Assembly: GCA_963783375.1 (NCBI GenBank)
Contig: CAWANH010000017.1
Coordinates: forward strand, 1-64,000
DNA length: 64,000 nt
Direction of reading: 5' to 3'
Source of the DNA: Candidatus Eiseniibacteriota bacterium
Lineage (GTDB): Bacteria; Eisenbacteria; RBG-16-71-46; JABDJR01
The translations under genes were made by a program, and so were the position numbers. Under the pieces are notes generated by a model that was not told the origin of the DNA, searched no databases, and was given only the letters and a program-made list of their open reading frames with translations. Every line of letters begins with the position of its first letter. The first letter of the stretch is position 1. Below, piece by piece: positions 36,691-47,355 of the stretch.

Positions 36691-39600
36691 ATGTCCAATG
36701 AGCCTACAACCGCAAGCCGGAGGCCGGCGAGAAATCGGGCCGGGTTCCGGGCCCGCGTGGCCGTGGGGCTGGTGCTCCTGACCGGTCTGGCCATAACCCT
36801 GTTCGTCTACCGGGACCTGAACCGACGGGAGCAGGGCCTCCTGCACAGAGAACTCGACCGTCGCACCCAGGCGTATGCGTCGGTGCTGCAGGGCATGATC
36901 GATGTGCAATGCGAGATCGTTCAAGGGGTCGGAAGCTATTTCACCGGCTCGGAGAACGTGACCCGAGCGGAGTTCCACAGCTACTGTACCATGCCGCTCA
37001 AACGGCATGCCGAGCTCCACTCCATCGAATGGATTCCCCGGGTGCCCGAAGCCCATCGCGAGGCCTTCGAGACCGGCGCGCGGGAAGATGGCCTGCCGGG
37101 ATTCATGATCACCGAGCGAGGAGAAGACGGCACACCGGCCCCGGCGGCGAGGCGGGACGAGTACTTCCCCGTGTACTACATTGAACCGCCGAAGGGGCAT
37201 GGGGCCGTCCTGGGACTCGACCTTGGGTCAGCCCCAGCGTTCATGGCCGCTCTCGAAAGCGCGCGGGACGCGGGGACGTTGGCGGCTACGATTGCTCTGG
37301 CCCCGCAGCACGACCTGGAGGGCGGGCTGGAACTCCTGCTCGTGCTTCCTGTATACGAGCATGGCGCGGCTCCGGCGAGCATGGCGGAACGCCGCCAGGC
37401 CCTGGTCGGATTCGCGGTTGGCGCAACCCGTATTGCCGACATGGCCGAGGTGGCGCTCAGCGGCCTGAAGACCGCCGGCCTGGACCTGTCCCTGGTCGAC
37501 GACGACCTGCCGGCCGGCGAGCGATTGCTCCACTTCCACCCATCCCGGTCCCGGACTCAGCCGACCGACGCCCCGGCCCCGGCCCCCGAGAACACCCTGG
37601 GCATCGAGGATCGGGTGTCCCTGGCGGTGGCCGGCCGGCGGTGGACGTTGGTTGCCCGTCCCGCCCCGGCGTTCGGGGCGGCATTCCCTGGTTGGCAGGA
37701 CGAAGCCCTGGCCGGAGCCCTGCTGGCCTTTACGGTCCTAGTCGCGGTCTCTTTGGGCGGCATGTTACGCGCGGCGGAGCGCCAGCGGGACCTGGCTCTT
37801 CAACGCGCCGAGGCGTTCGACGAGCTCGCTGCCTTGGACGTCAGCCTGCGTGATTCGGAGCAGCGATTCCGTGTTCTGTTCGAGGGCGCGGCGGAAGGCA
37901 TCGCGGTCGCCGATGAGGAGTCGCACAGGTTCCAGTACGCCAACCCGACCTTATGCAACATGCTCGGCTTTACAGAGGAAGAGCTGACGGGAATGCCGAT
38001 TCAAGGCATCCATCCCGTCGAGAGTCTGCCCGCCGTGATGGAGACGTTCAATTCCCATGCGGCATCCGCGGAGAGCCGGCAGGTGGCGGCGCTCCCGTGC
38101 ATCCGCAAGGACGGATCCATTCTGTTCGTGGACATCAACGCGGCGCCGGTGGAGATTGGAGGCCGGCCCTGTGTCGTGGGATTCTACAGCGACGCGACCG
38201 AGCGGACGAAGGCCGCGGCGGCCCTCGCCGAATCGAGGGACATGCTCCGTTCCATCCTGGAAACCGTGCCGGCGCGCGTGTTCTGGAAGGACAAGGAAGG
38301 CCGCTATCTCGGCTGCAACAGCGCCTTTGCGCGGGATGCTGGCGTGTCGAGTCCCGAGGACCTGCTCGGCAAGGACGACTTTCAGATGAGCTGGAGGGAA
38401 CAGGCCGAGCTGTACCGCGCCGACGATAGACGGGTGATGGATTCCGATACACCGAAACTCGACTTCGAGGAACCTCAGACCACGACCGACGGGAGCACGA
38501 TCTGGCTGCGAACCTCCAAGGTCCCGCTGCGCGACGGGGAGGGGAGAATCTCCGGCCTCTTGGGCATCTACAGCGACGTGACCGACCGGAAACGGGCGGA
38601 GCGGGAGTTGCGCCGGAGCGAGGAGCGTTTCCGGGCACTGACCGAGAGCACGAGCGACTGGATCTGGGAAGTCGATTCAGATGCTCGCTTCACGTACAGC
38701 AACCCCAAGGTCGAGGATTCCCTTGGCTTCGCTCCGGAGGAGATCGTGGGCAGGAGACTGTTTGAGCTGTTGCCGGAAGCCGAAGCGGACAGAGCGGAAA
38801 GGTTCTTCGGCGAGAAGGCTCAGAAAGGGGAACCGTTCGACAATTTCGAGGTCGCCGTTCTGCACCGCGATGGACATGAGGTGGCGTTTCAGGTCAGCGG
38901 GGTTCCGGTTCTGGACGCAGACGGCGTGTTGAGCGGCTACAGGGGCATCAACCGCGACATCACGGAGCACAAGCAGATCCGGGAGAAGCTGTTGGCGGCA
39001 ATGGCCGAAGCCGATGCGGCCAATCGGGCCAAGAGCGAGTTCCTGGCCAACATGAGTCACGAGATCCGCACGCCGATGAATGGCGTCATGGGCATGACGG
39101 ATCTGCTCATGGACACGGTGTTGACGCGTGAACAGAGGGAGTTCGCCCAGACCATCAAGTCGTCGTCCGAATCGCTGCTGGCCGTCATCAACGACATCCT
39201 CGACTTCTCCAAGATCGAGGCGCACATGCTCGAGCTGGACCCGGTCGGCTTCAACCTGCGCGACTGTCTGGCTGACATACTCCAGACCCTTGCCCTGCGG
39301 GCCGCGGGGAAGTCGTTGGAGCTCGCCTACGACGTGGGCCAGGATGTCCAGGATGCCGTCGTGGGCGACCCCGGCCGGCTGCGCCAGGTGATTGTCAACC
39401 TGGTAGGGAACGCTCTCAAGTTCACGGACCGGGGCGAGATCGTGCTGCGCGTGGAGAGCGTGGAGGAACCGTCATCGGTGACCGGTGATCGGTCATCCGT
39501 CATGTTGCAGTTCTCCGTGGCGGATACCGGCGTCGGCATGTCGGCCGATACGCAGGCCAGGATCTTCAACGCGTTCGCGCAGGCCGATGCCAGCACGACC

Positions 39601-41028
39601 CGCAAGTACGGTGGGACCGGGCTGGGTCTGAGCATTTCGGCCAGTCTGGTTGAATTGATGGGCGGTCGGATCTGGATGGACAGTGAGGTGGGCCGGGGCA
39701 CCACGTGTCATTTCACGGTACGGATGGGAATCCAACCGGCGTCGGTGGCGCGCCCGTCCATCCTGAAACCGCTTCCGGATGCGCTGCAGGTGCTGGTGGT
39801 CGATGACAACGAAACCAACCAGCGCATCCTGACCGACATGTTGACCAATTGGCGCATGCAGGCGGTCGCCGTCGGCGGGGGGGAGCCGGCCCTGAAGATG
39901 CTCGCCGAGGCAACGCGGGCCGGAGACCCCTTCCTCCTGTTGTTGCTGGACGCCGGCATGCCGGGCATGGACGGCTACGAAGTGGCCGAGCGCGTTCGGG
40001 AGACTCCCGACATCGCTCCGGCCATCATCATGCTGACATCCGCGGGCCGGCGCGGCGACGCCGCTCGCTGCAAGGCGCTGGGCGTGGCCGCCTACCTGAC
40101 CAAGCCGATCAAACCGTCGACCCTCCTCGACGCGATCATGACCGTCCTCGGGGGAGGGGAGCCGGACGACGCCGCGGCGCCCCTGGTAACCCGGCACACG
40201 TTGCGGGAAGCCATCCGTCCGCTCCGGCTGCTTCTGGCCGAGGACAATCCTGTCAACCAGAAGATCGCGGTCAACATGCTTGAGAAGCGCGGTCATGCGG
40301 TGACGCTCGCTACGAACGGCGCCGAGGTGCTGGACCATCTCGATGCCAACGGAGCGCATTCGTTCGACATCATTCTGATGGACGTGCAAATGCCCGTGAT
40401 GGACGGGTTCCAGGCCACCGCACGCATCCGGGAACGTGAGAAGACGGGCGGCGGGCACATCCCGATCATTGCCCTGACCGCCCGCGCCATGAAGGGTGAC
40501 CGGGAAGAGTGCCTGGCGGGGGGCATGGACGCCTACGTCTCCAAGCCCCTTCGTACCGAAGCGCTGCTCGACGCCATGGCGGCGCTGCGCCGCGAGCCGC
40601 CGGCCGCCTCCCCGGCCTCCGGGGACCGTCCCGCGGACGAGAGTGAGCGGGTTCACGGCGCACCGGCTCCGGACGATCCGCCCGCCAGCTTCGACCCCGA
40701 TGTGGCCATGACCAGCGTGGATGGCGATATGGGGCTCCTGAGGGAAGTTGCCTCCATATTCAAGAGGGACAGCCTGCGCACGTTGTCGGGGCTTCAAGCC
40801 GCCATCCGGAACGGGGATGCCATGGATCTCAACCGAAAGGCCCATGCGCTCAAGGGATCGGCCGGAGCTTTCGGAGGGCATGCCGCCGCTGCACTCGCCC
40901 TCGCGCTGGAGGAGATGGGGGGACGCCGGGACCTGGCCGGGGCCGAGGAGTTGGCGGGTGCCCTGGCCCTGGAACTCCGAAAGCTCACCCAGGAGCTGGA
41001 CGCATACGTGGGGGGGATCCCATCATGA
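36691..41028 (+). CDS. Hybrid sensor histidine kinase (CHASE - 3xPAS - HisKA - HATPase - 2xREC - HPt)
   Basis: EYFPVYYIEP...LGLDL (CHASE); FLANMSHEIRTPMNG; GGTGLGL; two receivers; AHALKGSA (HPt). Start uncertain. Confidence 0.93.
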   Translation: MSNEPTTASRRPARNRAGFRARVAVGLVLLTGLAITLFVYRDLNRREQGLLHRELDRRTQAYASVLQGMIDVQCEIVQGVGSYFTGSENVTRAEFHSYCTMPLKRHAELHSIEWIPRVPEAHREAFETGAREDGLPGFMITERGEDGTPAPAARRDEYFPVYYIEPPKGHGAVLGLDLGSAPAFMAALESARDAGTLAATIALAPQHDLEGGLELLLVLPVYEHGAAPASMAERRQALVGFAVGATRIADMAEVALSGLKTAGLDLSLVDDDLPAGERLLHFHPSRSRTQPTDAPAPAPENTLGIEDRVSLAVAGRRWTLVARPAPAFGAAFPGWQDEALAGALLAFTVLVAVSLGGMLRAAERQRDLALQRAEAFDELAALDVSLRDSEQRFRVLFEGAAEGIAVADEESHRFQYANPTLCNMLGFTEEELTGMPIQGIHPVESLPAVMETFNSHAASAESRQVAALPCIRKDGSILFVDINAAPVEIGGRPCVVGFYSDATERTKAAAALAESRDMLRSILETVPARVFWKDKEGRYLGCNSAFARDAGVSSPEDLLGKDDFQMSWREQAELYRADDRRVMDSDTPKLDFEEPQTTTDGSTIWLRTSKVPLRDGEGRISGLLGIYSDVTDRKRAERELRRSEERFRALTESTSDWIWEVDSDARFTYSNPKVEDSLGFAPEEIVGRRLFELLPEAEADRAERFFGEKAQKGEPFDNFEVAVLHRDGHEVAFQVSGVPVLDADGVLSGYRGINRDITEHKQIREKLLAAMAEADAANRAKSEFLANMSHEIRTPMNGVMGMTDLLMDTVLTREQREFAQTIKSSSESLLAVINDILDFSKIEAHMLELDPVGFNLRDCLADILQTLALRAAGKSLELAYDVGQDVQDAVVGDPGRLRQVIVNLVGNALKFTDRGEIVLRVESVEEPSSVTGDRSSVMLQFSVADTGVGMSADTQARIFNAFAQADASTTRKYGGTGLGLSISASLVELMGGRIWMDSEVGRGTTCHFTVRMGIQPASVARPSILKPLPDALQVLVVDDNETNQRILTDMLTNWRMQAVAVGGGEPALKMLAEATRAGDPFLLLLLDAGMPGMDGYEVAERVRETPDIAPAIIMLTSAGRRGDAARCKALGVAAYLTKPIKPSTLLDAIMTVLGGGEPDDAAAPLVTRHTLREAIRPLRLLLAEDNPVNQKIAVNMLEKRGHAVTLATNGAEVLDHLDANGAHSFDIILMDVQMPVMDGFQATARIREREKTGGGHIPIIALTARAMKGDREECLAGGMDAYVSKPLRTEALLDAMAALRREPPAASPASGDRPADESERVHGAPAPDDPPASFDPDVAMTSVDGDMGLLREVASIFKRDSLRTLSGLQAAIRNGDAMDLNRKAHALKGSAGAFGGHAAAALALALEEMGGRRDLAGAEELAGALALELRKLTQELDAYVGGIPS

Positions 41029-41933
41029 GGATTGTGATCGCCGAGGATGACGCCGTTACCCGTCGCTTGCTGGAAGCCAAGCTCGGCAAGTGGGGCTACG
41101 AGGTGATCGCCACCTCGGACGGCCTGGGAGCGCTGCAGGCGCTCTCGGCGAACGACGCCCCGCAGCTCGCCATCCTCGACTGGATGATGCCGGGAATGGA
41201 CGGTGTGGACGTGTGCCGCGCTCTGCGGAGGGAAGCGGAAGATTCCTACACGTACGTCATTCTCCTCACGGCCAAGATCGGGGAGCAGGATCTCGTCGCG
41301 GGGATGGAGGCGGGCGCCGACGACTACATCTCCAAGCCGTTCAACTCGAGCGAACTGAAGGTGCGTCTGCGCGCGGGGCGTCGGATCATCGAGCTCCAGA
41401 CCGAGCTGATTGCGGCGCTCGACGTCCAGCGGGTGAAGGCCAGTCACGACCCGCTCACCGGTCTCTGGAACCATGAAGAGATACTTCAGATCCTGGGACG
41501 GGAACTGGTCAGAGACTCGCGGGATGATCTCGATCCGACGGGTGCGATCATGGTCGACCTGGATCACTTCAAGCAGGTCAACGACACCTTCGGCCACATG
41601 GCCGGTGACGCCGTGCTTCGCGCGGCGGCGCAACGTATGGTCGCGCTCCTTCGTCCGTACGATGCGGTGGGCCGCTATGGCGGCGAGGAATTCCTCGTCG
41701 TCGCGCCGGGGTGCGGCAGGGAGGGTGGCGCCGCCCTGGCGGAGCGGCTCCGGGCCGGCATCGCGGCCGCCGGTGTGGACACGTCGGAGGGAGTGATCCC
41801 GGTCCAGGTCAGCCTGGGGGTCGCCGTGAACGACGGGACGAGTGAGTGCGATGTGAGCGCGCTGGTGCAGCGGGCCGACCAGGCCCTCTACCGCGCGAAG
41901 GAAAACGGACGCAACCGGGTGGAGGTTGGGTAG
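41025..41933 (+). CDS. Response-regulator diguanylate cyclase (REC-GGDEF)
   Basis: LDWMMPGMDG receiver; DLDHFKQVND; RPYD I-site; GGEEF active site. Confidence 0.95.
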   Translation: MRIVIAEDDAVTRRLLEAKLGKWGYEVIATSDGLGALQALSANDAPQLAILDWMMPGMDGVDVCRALRREAEDSYTYVILLTAKIGEQDLVAGMEAGADDYISKPFNSSELKVRLRAGRRIIELQTELIAALDVQRVKASHDPLTGLWNHEEILQILGRELVRDSRDDLDPTGAIMVDLDHFKQVNDTFGHMAGDAVLRAAAQRMVALLRPYDAVGRYGGEEFLVVAPGCGREGGAALAERLRAGIAAAGVDTSEGVIPVQVSLGVAVNDGTSECDVSALVQRADQALYRAKENGRNRVEVG

Positions 41934-42123
41934 CCGTGACGGACGACTCCGTCAAGACCACAACCCGTGAAGGCACCCCGGTCCAGGGTTCCGTAACCGA
42001 AGTCATGCATACAATCTGGCGGCGATTCGCGGTGCCGGCGGAATTGCGACTCCTCCGCGATGCGCATCGGCATCGCGTCGTCGGCGCGCCCCGGCGCCCG
42101 TCCGGTCCCGGACCCGCCGGCGA

Positions 42124-42678
42124 CTACTTCACGATGAACGTCTTCACCGTCTTGGCCATGAACTCCTCGTTCATGTACCGGGGATCGGACGCGTAGAACT
42201 CCACCGTGTAGGTCCGGTCGGTCTTCTCATACGAGACCACCGCGGTGTACTCCAGGCTCGAGGTCTTTCCCCGGTAGCTCTGGGTGACCACGTAGCTCCA
42301 CGCGGGTTGCTTGTCGATCACCGTGGCGTCGATCGGCCCGTACTCCGAGTTTGCCCCGTAGCGCGCGGCGGCGGCCTCCCGGGCGGACTGGACTTCCTCG
42401 TAGGAAGTCGGCCCCGCGTACTCGGTGATCATGATGCTGCAGTGGTTTTCCTCGCCGGCAGTGAAGTAGCCCCGCTGGTCCAGCACCTGCCGGTCCGGAA
42501 ACACCTTCCGCGCCGCCGAGGCGTTGGCGTCGAGCATGAATCCGGCGGGACGCACGGGAACCTGGGCCCCCTCCATCAGGGGCTTCGAGCAACCGGTCGA
42601 CGCCCAGGCCACCATGGCGGCCAGGCCCAGGGTCCGAAGCGTCGGGCGGGCGGCGGGTTTCCCGGCGGTGCCTTGCAT
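42124..42678 (-). CDS. Hypothetical lipoprotein
   Basis: Signal peptide with ASTGC lipobox-like site; AGGAGGA RBS. Confidence 0.7.
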   Translation of the reverse strand: MQGTAGKPAARPTLRTLGLAAMVAWASTGCSKPLMEGAQVPVRPAGFMLDANASAARKVFPDRQVLDQRGYFTAGEENHCSIMITEYAGPTSYEEVQSAREAAAARYGANSEYGPIDATVIDKQPAWSYVVTQSYRGKTSSLEYTAVVSYEKTDRTYTVEFYASDPRYMNEEFMAKTVKTFIVK

Positions 42679-42819
42679 GTGGAATCCTCCTCCTTAACCC
42701 CCATGTCTCAAGAAAATCGCTACAGGCGATAATCGGCCGGCCGATACCGAACTTGAGACTGCAATCTCAGCCCCGGGCCGGCCGGATCCCCCCCGGTGGG
42801 CCTGGGCGGAGGTAACACC

Positions 42820-43209
42820 ATGTTCCTCAACATCTTCAAGGTCAGGGTGGCCCTGGCGGTCGCCGGGCTCGTGGTCCTGGTGGGCTACATGGCGGCAGGG
42901 GGAGGCTTCGGCCCCAAGTCCACCATCTCCATCGAGTACGGGATGTACCCCCGCGAGTTCGCCGGTCTCCGGGTGGAGATCGATGGCCGGGTGGTCGGGA
43001 CCCTGAAGGGGTTCGGAAGCGCCACCCGCACCGCGTTCGAGGTCAAGGACGGCAGGCACACGGTTCGGGTGCTCCATCCCGAACTCGACAGCATGTCGCG
43101 AACCGTGACCTCGGGGACGGGGGGGCGAAACGTCATGCTGATCCTGGACTACCAGGATCGCTCGGCGCCGGACGGCTCGCTCGAAACCGTGCTCGCCTTC
43201 CAGGACTGA
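42820..43209 (+). CDS. Hypothetical membrane-anchored protein with PEGA-like fold
   Basis: GGAGGT RBS; N-terminal TM; VEIDG.VVG...G.HTVRV pattern. Confidence 0.65.
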   Translation: MFLNIFKVRVALAVAGLVVLVGYMAAGGGFGPKSTISIEYGMYPREFAGLRVEIDGRVVGTLKGFGSATRTAFEVKDGRHTVRVLHPELDSMSRTVTSGTGGRNVMLILDYQDRSAPDGSLETVLAFQD

Positions 43210-43227
43210 TCGCCGACGGGCGGCGGC

Positions 43228-43668
43228 TCAATCCGCGGGGTCGATCGCCCGACCGTTCAGGATGATCCGATATCCCAGTCGCACGGTGGGCCGGAGCATG
43301 GCGGAAACCGAGCAGTACTTCTCCTCGGAGAGCGCCACCGCCCGCCGGACCGAGGCCTCGTCCAATTCCGGCCCGTCCACGTGATAGACCAGGGTGAGAT
43401 CGGTGTAGATTCGCGGCTCCTCCTCCCGGCGGACCGCCTCCACCTCCACCCGGAGCGCGCTCAGGGTCTTCCGCATCTTCCCCAGGATCATCACGATGTC
43501 GATCCCGGTGCAGACCGCCACCGCGGCCTGCACGGTCTCGGTGGGGGGTGGTCCGGGACCGGGGCGGTCCGCCCCCGGCACGCTGGCCAGGGTGAGGGTC
43601 TCGCCGCCGGGAAACGCGACCTGGAACTCGGATTCCCGCTTCCAACTCGCGGTCACTTTTCGGGTCAT
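43228..43668 (-). CDS. OsmC/YhfA family protein
   Basis: CTGIDIVMILGKMR and LSEEKYCSV Cys motifs; start moved to ATG 43668. Confidence 0.9.
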   Translation of the reverse strand: MTRKVTASWKRESEFQVAFPGGETLTLASVPGADRPGPGPPPTETVQAAVAVCTGIDIVMILGKMRKTLSALRVEVEAVRREEEPRIYTDLTLVYHVDGPELDEASVRRAVALSEEKYCSVSAMLRPTVRLGYRIILNGRAIDPAD

Positions 43669-43679
43669 GGGCCCTCCAG

Positions 43680-44498
43680 TTACCGTGCCCCCACGCCGCC
43701 GTCCACCACCAGCTCGTGGCCGGTGATCCACGAGGCCTCGTCGCTGGCCAGAAAGAGCGCGGCGGCGGCCACGTCCTCGGGGAGGCCGCACCGGCCCAGG
43801 GGATACCGCTCCCCCAGCTCCCGCGCCCGCGCCATGAGGTCCGCGTGCCCTTCCCAGAGTTCCCGGTTGAGCCCGGTCAGGACCAGGGCGGGACAGATGG
43901 CGTTGACCCGGATGCCTTCGGGACCGTGGCGAACGGCCAGGGATCGGGTGAGCGCGCTCACCGCCCCCTTGGACGCGGTATAGACCGGGACGGTCGCGGT
44001 GGCTCCGGCGTGCCGGGAGAGGTACGAGGAGACGTTGAGGATCACCCCGCCGCGCTCCTGCATCCGGGCCAGGGCGGCCCGGCAGCCGTGGATCACCCCC
44101 TTCACGTTCACCGCGAGGATCCGATCCACGTGCTCGGGGTCGGCCTCGGGGAGCAGCCGGCGCTCGGAGACCCCGGCCGCGTTGATCCACACGTCGAGGC
44201 CGCCCCAGAGGCGGACCGCCTCGTCGCCCAACGCCTCCATGTCCCCGGGGAGGGTCACGTCGGCCCGGAATCCGCGGACCTCACCCGCCTCGCCGGGAGA
44301 GGTGACGGAGGCCTCCGCCGCGGCCTCGGAAGCGATTTCGGAGACGGCCGCGGCCAGCTTCGCGTCGTTGCGCCCGCAGATGAGGACCCGGCCCCCCGCC
44401 CGCCGGAAGCCGTTCGCCATGGCCCGACCGATCCCGCTACCGCCCCCGGTGATCACGACCCGCCGGCCGCGGTGGGAGAAGAGTTCGCCCGCCGTCAC
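43680..44498 (-). CDS. Short-chain dehydrogenase/reductase
   Basis: TGGGSGIG, NAAG, YTASKG and VDGG motifs. Confidence 0.93.
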   Translation of the reverse strand: MTAGELFSHRGRRVVITGGGSGIGRAMANGFRRAGGRVLICGRNDAKLAAAVSEIASEAAAEASVTSPGEAGEVRGFRADVTLPGDMEALGDEAVRLWGGLDVWINAAGVSERRLLPEADPEHVDRILAVNVKGVIHGCRAALARMQERGGVILNVSSYLSRHAGATATVPVYTASKGAVSALTRSLAVRHGPEGIRVNAICPALVLTGLNRELWEGHADLMARARELGERYPLGRCGLPEDVAAAALFLASDEASWITGHELVVDGGVGAR

Positions 44499-45028
44499 CC
44501 GGAGGTCCCGGTGGGCTGGGTGGCCGGGGCTTCCGGCCGGGTCTCGCGCCCCGCCTTCAAGTGGACCCAGGAGAAGAAGAGCGGGACGATCACGGTCAGG
44601 ACCAGGACGAAGATGAGGGCGAACCCGACGAGCATGCGGAGCCGCGGCACAACCTCGCGGAGGGGGAGCGACCGGTCCACCCGGGGGGGGCGACCCTGGC
44701 GGGTGGACAGGGTCTCGATGGTGTTTACCCAGCTCTCCGGCCGCGCCACCGCCACCGCGAAGAGCAGGTTCCCCCGGTAGGTGATCTTGAGGAGGTGCTC
44801 CGACTTGTGTTTCCGGCGCCGGACCCCGATGCTGATGCTCTCCACCTCGACGATCGGGATCTCGATCCGGGTTCCGGTGAGAACGTGCTCGAAGAGGACG
44901 TGGTCCTCGAACAGCGTGAGAACGCCGTGGCTTCGCACCCGGAAGCGTTCCTCCTCGGTGCCGAAGGTGTAGGCGGTGCGGTCGACCAGGATCGGCTCGG
45001 ATCGGAGGACTTCGGCGCTGCTCTTCAT
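44495..45028 (-). CDS. Hypothetical protein with C-terminal TM segment
   Basis: Sits in the operon between mce and the SDR; hydrophobic C-terminal helix. Confidence 0.65.
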   Translation of the reverse strand: MKSSAEVLRSEPILVDRTAYTFGTEEERFRVRSHGVLTLFEDHVLFEHVLTGTRIEIPIVEVESISIGVRRRKHKSEHLLKITYRGNLLFAVAVARPESWVNTIETLSTRQGRPPRVDRSLPLREVVPRLRMLVGFALIFVLVLTVIVPLFFSWVHLKAGRETRPEAPATQPTGTSG

Positions 45029-45071
45029 GGTGCGTTCCTCGGGGTGACGGTCTCCTGCCCGCCCGCTGGAT

Positions 45072-45476
45072 CTATTCCTTGCTCTGGCTCAATTCCAGGA
45101 GCACGCCGTGGGCGCTCCTGGGATGGACGAAGGCCACCCACTTGTCGTGGGCCCCGGACCGGGGTTCCCGGTCGATGAGGACCATGCCCGCCGCCTCGCA
45201 GGCGGCCAGGGCCTTGCGGATATCCGCCACCTCGAAGCAGAGATGGTGGATCCCCTCCCCGCGCTTCTCCACGAATTTGCCGATGGGGCCGTCCGGGGCG
45301 GTGGACTCCAGGAATTCCAGGTGGGTTTCCCCCACCGGGAGGAAGGCGGTCCGCGCCTGCTGCTCGGCCACCGTCTCCCGGTGGGTGCACGTGAGGCCCA
45401 GGCCCTCGGTGTAGGTCCGGACCGCGGATTCCAGGTCCCGGACCGCGATGCCGATGTGATCGAGACGGCGGATCAT
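45072..45476 (-). CDS. mce: Methylmalonyl-CoA epimerase
   Basis: LDHIGIAV, GEGIHHLCFEV and FVHP....GVLLEL motifs; AAGGAG RBS. Confidence 0.93.
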   Translation of the reverse strand: MIRRLDHIGIAVRDLESAVRTYTEGLGLTCTHRETVAEQQARTAFLPVGETHLEFLESTAPDGPIGKFVEKRGEGIHHLCFEVADIRKALAACEAAGMVLIDREPRSGAHDKWVAFVHPRSAHGVLLELSQSKE

Positions 45477-45537
45477 GCCAGCTCCTTCGGGTGCAAGGCG
45501 TTGTCCGCGCCGGGGGGCCGTTCGGTCGGGGCGGCGC

Positions 45538-45578
45538 GGCCTCGGGTCAAGGATAGCATGGCCGTCGGGCGGTTCCCG
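45538..45578 (+). repeat. 41-bp direct repeat, left boundary of island
   Basis: GGCCTCGGGTCAAGGATAGCATGGCCGTCGGGCGGTTCCCG, identical to 53230-53270; weaker similarity over ~95 bp. Confidence 0.92.
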
Positions 45579-45687
45579 CTCCACCGGGGGGGCTCCCCGC
45601 TCGCCCAGCCGCCCATGGGCTCGGCGTCGCCGGCAGGTTTGCGGGGCAGTGGGTGGGACGGTGAGGGATCCCCCGGGCCGGGAGATG

Positions 45688-47355
45688 TCAAGGCGAGGCG
45701 GAATCCTTGCCCCCAGGGGCGCTCTCTCCCCGCAGGACACCGTAGCTCTTGAGCTTCCTGGAGAGCGTCGCCGATCCGATGTTGAGCTGCTCGGAGGTGC
45801 GGGTCCGGTTTCCGCCGTTCCGATCGAGCACGGCCAGGATGTAATCCTTCTCGATCTCGTCCAGGGCTCTCACCGGCCCGGAAAGGGACGGCGTCGGTAT
45901 CGCCTGGCGGACTTCCATCGGCAAATCCTCGAGCTCGATGAGGCTGGCATGCCCGAGAGCGACCGCGCGCTCCATGGCGTTCTCCAGTTCGCGCACGTTA
46001 CCCGGCCAGTCGTATCGCAGCAGCTGGTCCGCCGCGCGCGGGGACAGCCCGGTGACCGGGCGCTTGATCCGCTCGGCGGAGTCGCTCAGCAGCACCCGTG
46101 CCAGGGGCAGAATGTCCTCCCGCCGGTCCCGCAGCGCCGGCATGTGAACCTGAACCACGTTCAGCCGGTAGTACAGATCCTTGCGGAAGCGACCCGCCGC
46201 AATGTCCGAGGCCAGTTCACGGTTCGTGGCGGCCATCACCCGCACGTTCACCGGCCGGCTCTTGTTCTCGCCGACCCGGCGGATCTCCCGTTCCTGGAGA
46301 ACCCGCAGCAGCTTGACCTGCATGCCGGGCGAGACCTCGCCGATCTCGTCGAGCAGCAGCGTTCCGCCGTTGGCCGCCTCGAACAGGCCGGCTCGGTCGT
46401 GCGCTGCGCCGGTAAACGCGCCCCGCGCATGGCCGAAGAGCTCGCTCTCGAGGAGGGATTCAGTGATGGCGCCGCAGTTGACGGCGATGAAAGGCCCCGA
46501 TGCGCGGGCGGATTCGTCGTGGATCATGTGCGCGATGAGTTCCTTGCCCGTACCGCTCTCCCCGGTGATGAGGGCGGTCGAGTCCACCTTGGCGATCCGC
46601 CGCGCGAGGTCGATCACCCGCCGCATGGCGGGGCTCCTTACGATCATCCCGAGGGGATCCTCGACGTCGGGGACCATGCGGGTGAGCGCGCGCCTCCTCT
46701 CGTGGAGCTTCCTCTCGGTCTCCTTGAGACTCTCGGTGATCTGGTGGAGCGAGGGCTCGAGCCATTCCTTGAGGTTTTCGGCGCGATAGAAGCGGAGCTC
46801 GTCGGCTCGATCGTCGCCCCACTCCTCGATGGTGCGAGCGAGAAGGTGACACGAGGAATTGCCCCGTCCGATACAACGTTCTTCGAGAACGTACATCTTC
46901 ATGCCCAGGGCCCGGCTCAGGTAGCCGCTGGTGAGACCGCAGATCGTCCAGCACACCGAGGTGTCGCTGCGCCCGAGATGGGCGATGTGCTGCTCCGCCT
47001 CATAGGATCCGACCAGGGTCAACCCCTCCTTGATCAGCGAGCCGGGGGTGCCCGGCGCCAGACGGTACATCCCCTCGAGCATGTGGATGCGGCCGCCGGC
47101 AAGCTGCCAGTCCTCCTTGCTCTCCCACTGGAACAGGTCCTGCATCGCTTCGGCCATGCGCCAGCCCTGTACGAAGCCGAACCGGGTGAGGACGGCGCGC
47201 GCGGCACTGAGGCCGAAGTGATTGATCAACTCCTTGCGCAGGGTCCCCTTCGCCGTGGCGTCAATTATGAGTGCGCGCTCGCCCGCGAAGCGGACCGTGC
47301 CTCCATCAGAGTCAAACTCGACCAGCTCGCCGATATTCAGGTCCTCGACGCGCAT
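45688..47355 (-). CDS. Sigma54-dependent activator, XylR_N/V4R type
   Basis: SYEAEQH..CW..G..SGY V4R sensor; GESGTGKE; GAFTGA; LLDEIGE; WPGNVREL; C-terminal HTH. Confidence 0.93.
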   Translation of the reverse strand: MRVEDLNIGELVEFDSDGGTVRFAGERALIIDATAKGTLRKELINHFGLSAARAVLTRFGFVQGWRMAEAMQDLFQWESKEDWQLAGGRIHMLEGMYRLAPGTPGSLIKEGLTLVGSYEAEQHIAHLGRSDTSVCWTICGLTSGYLSRALGMKMYVLEERCIGRGNSSCHLLARTIEEWGDDRADELRFYRAENLKEWLEPSLHQITESLKETERKLHERRRALTRMVPDVEDPLGMIVRSPAMRRVIDLARRIAKVDSTALITGESGTGKELIAHMIHDESARASGPFIAVNCGAITESLLESELFGHARGAFTGAAHDRAGLFEAANGGTLLLDEIGEVSPGMQVKLLRVLQEREIRRVGENKSRPVNVRVMAATNRELASDIAAGRFRKDLYYRLNVVQVHMPALRDRREDILPLARVLLSDSAERIKRPVTGLSPRAADQLLRYDWPGNVRELENAMERAVALGHASLIELEDLPMEVRQAIPTPSLSGPVRALDEIEKDYILAVLDRNGGNRTRTSEQLNIGSATLSRKLKSYGVLRGESAPGGKDSASP

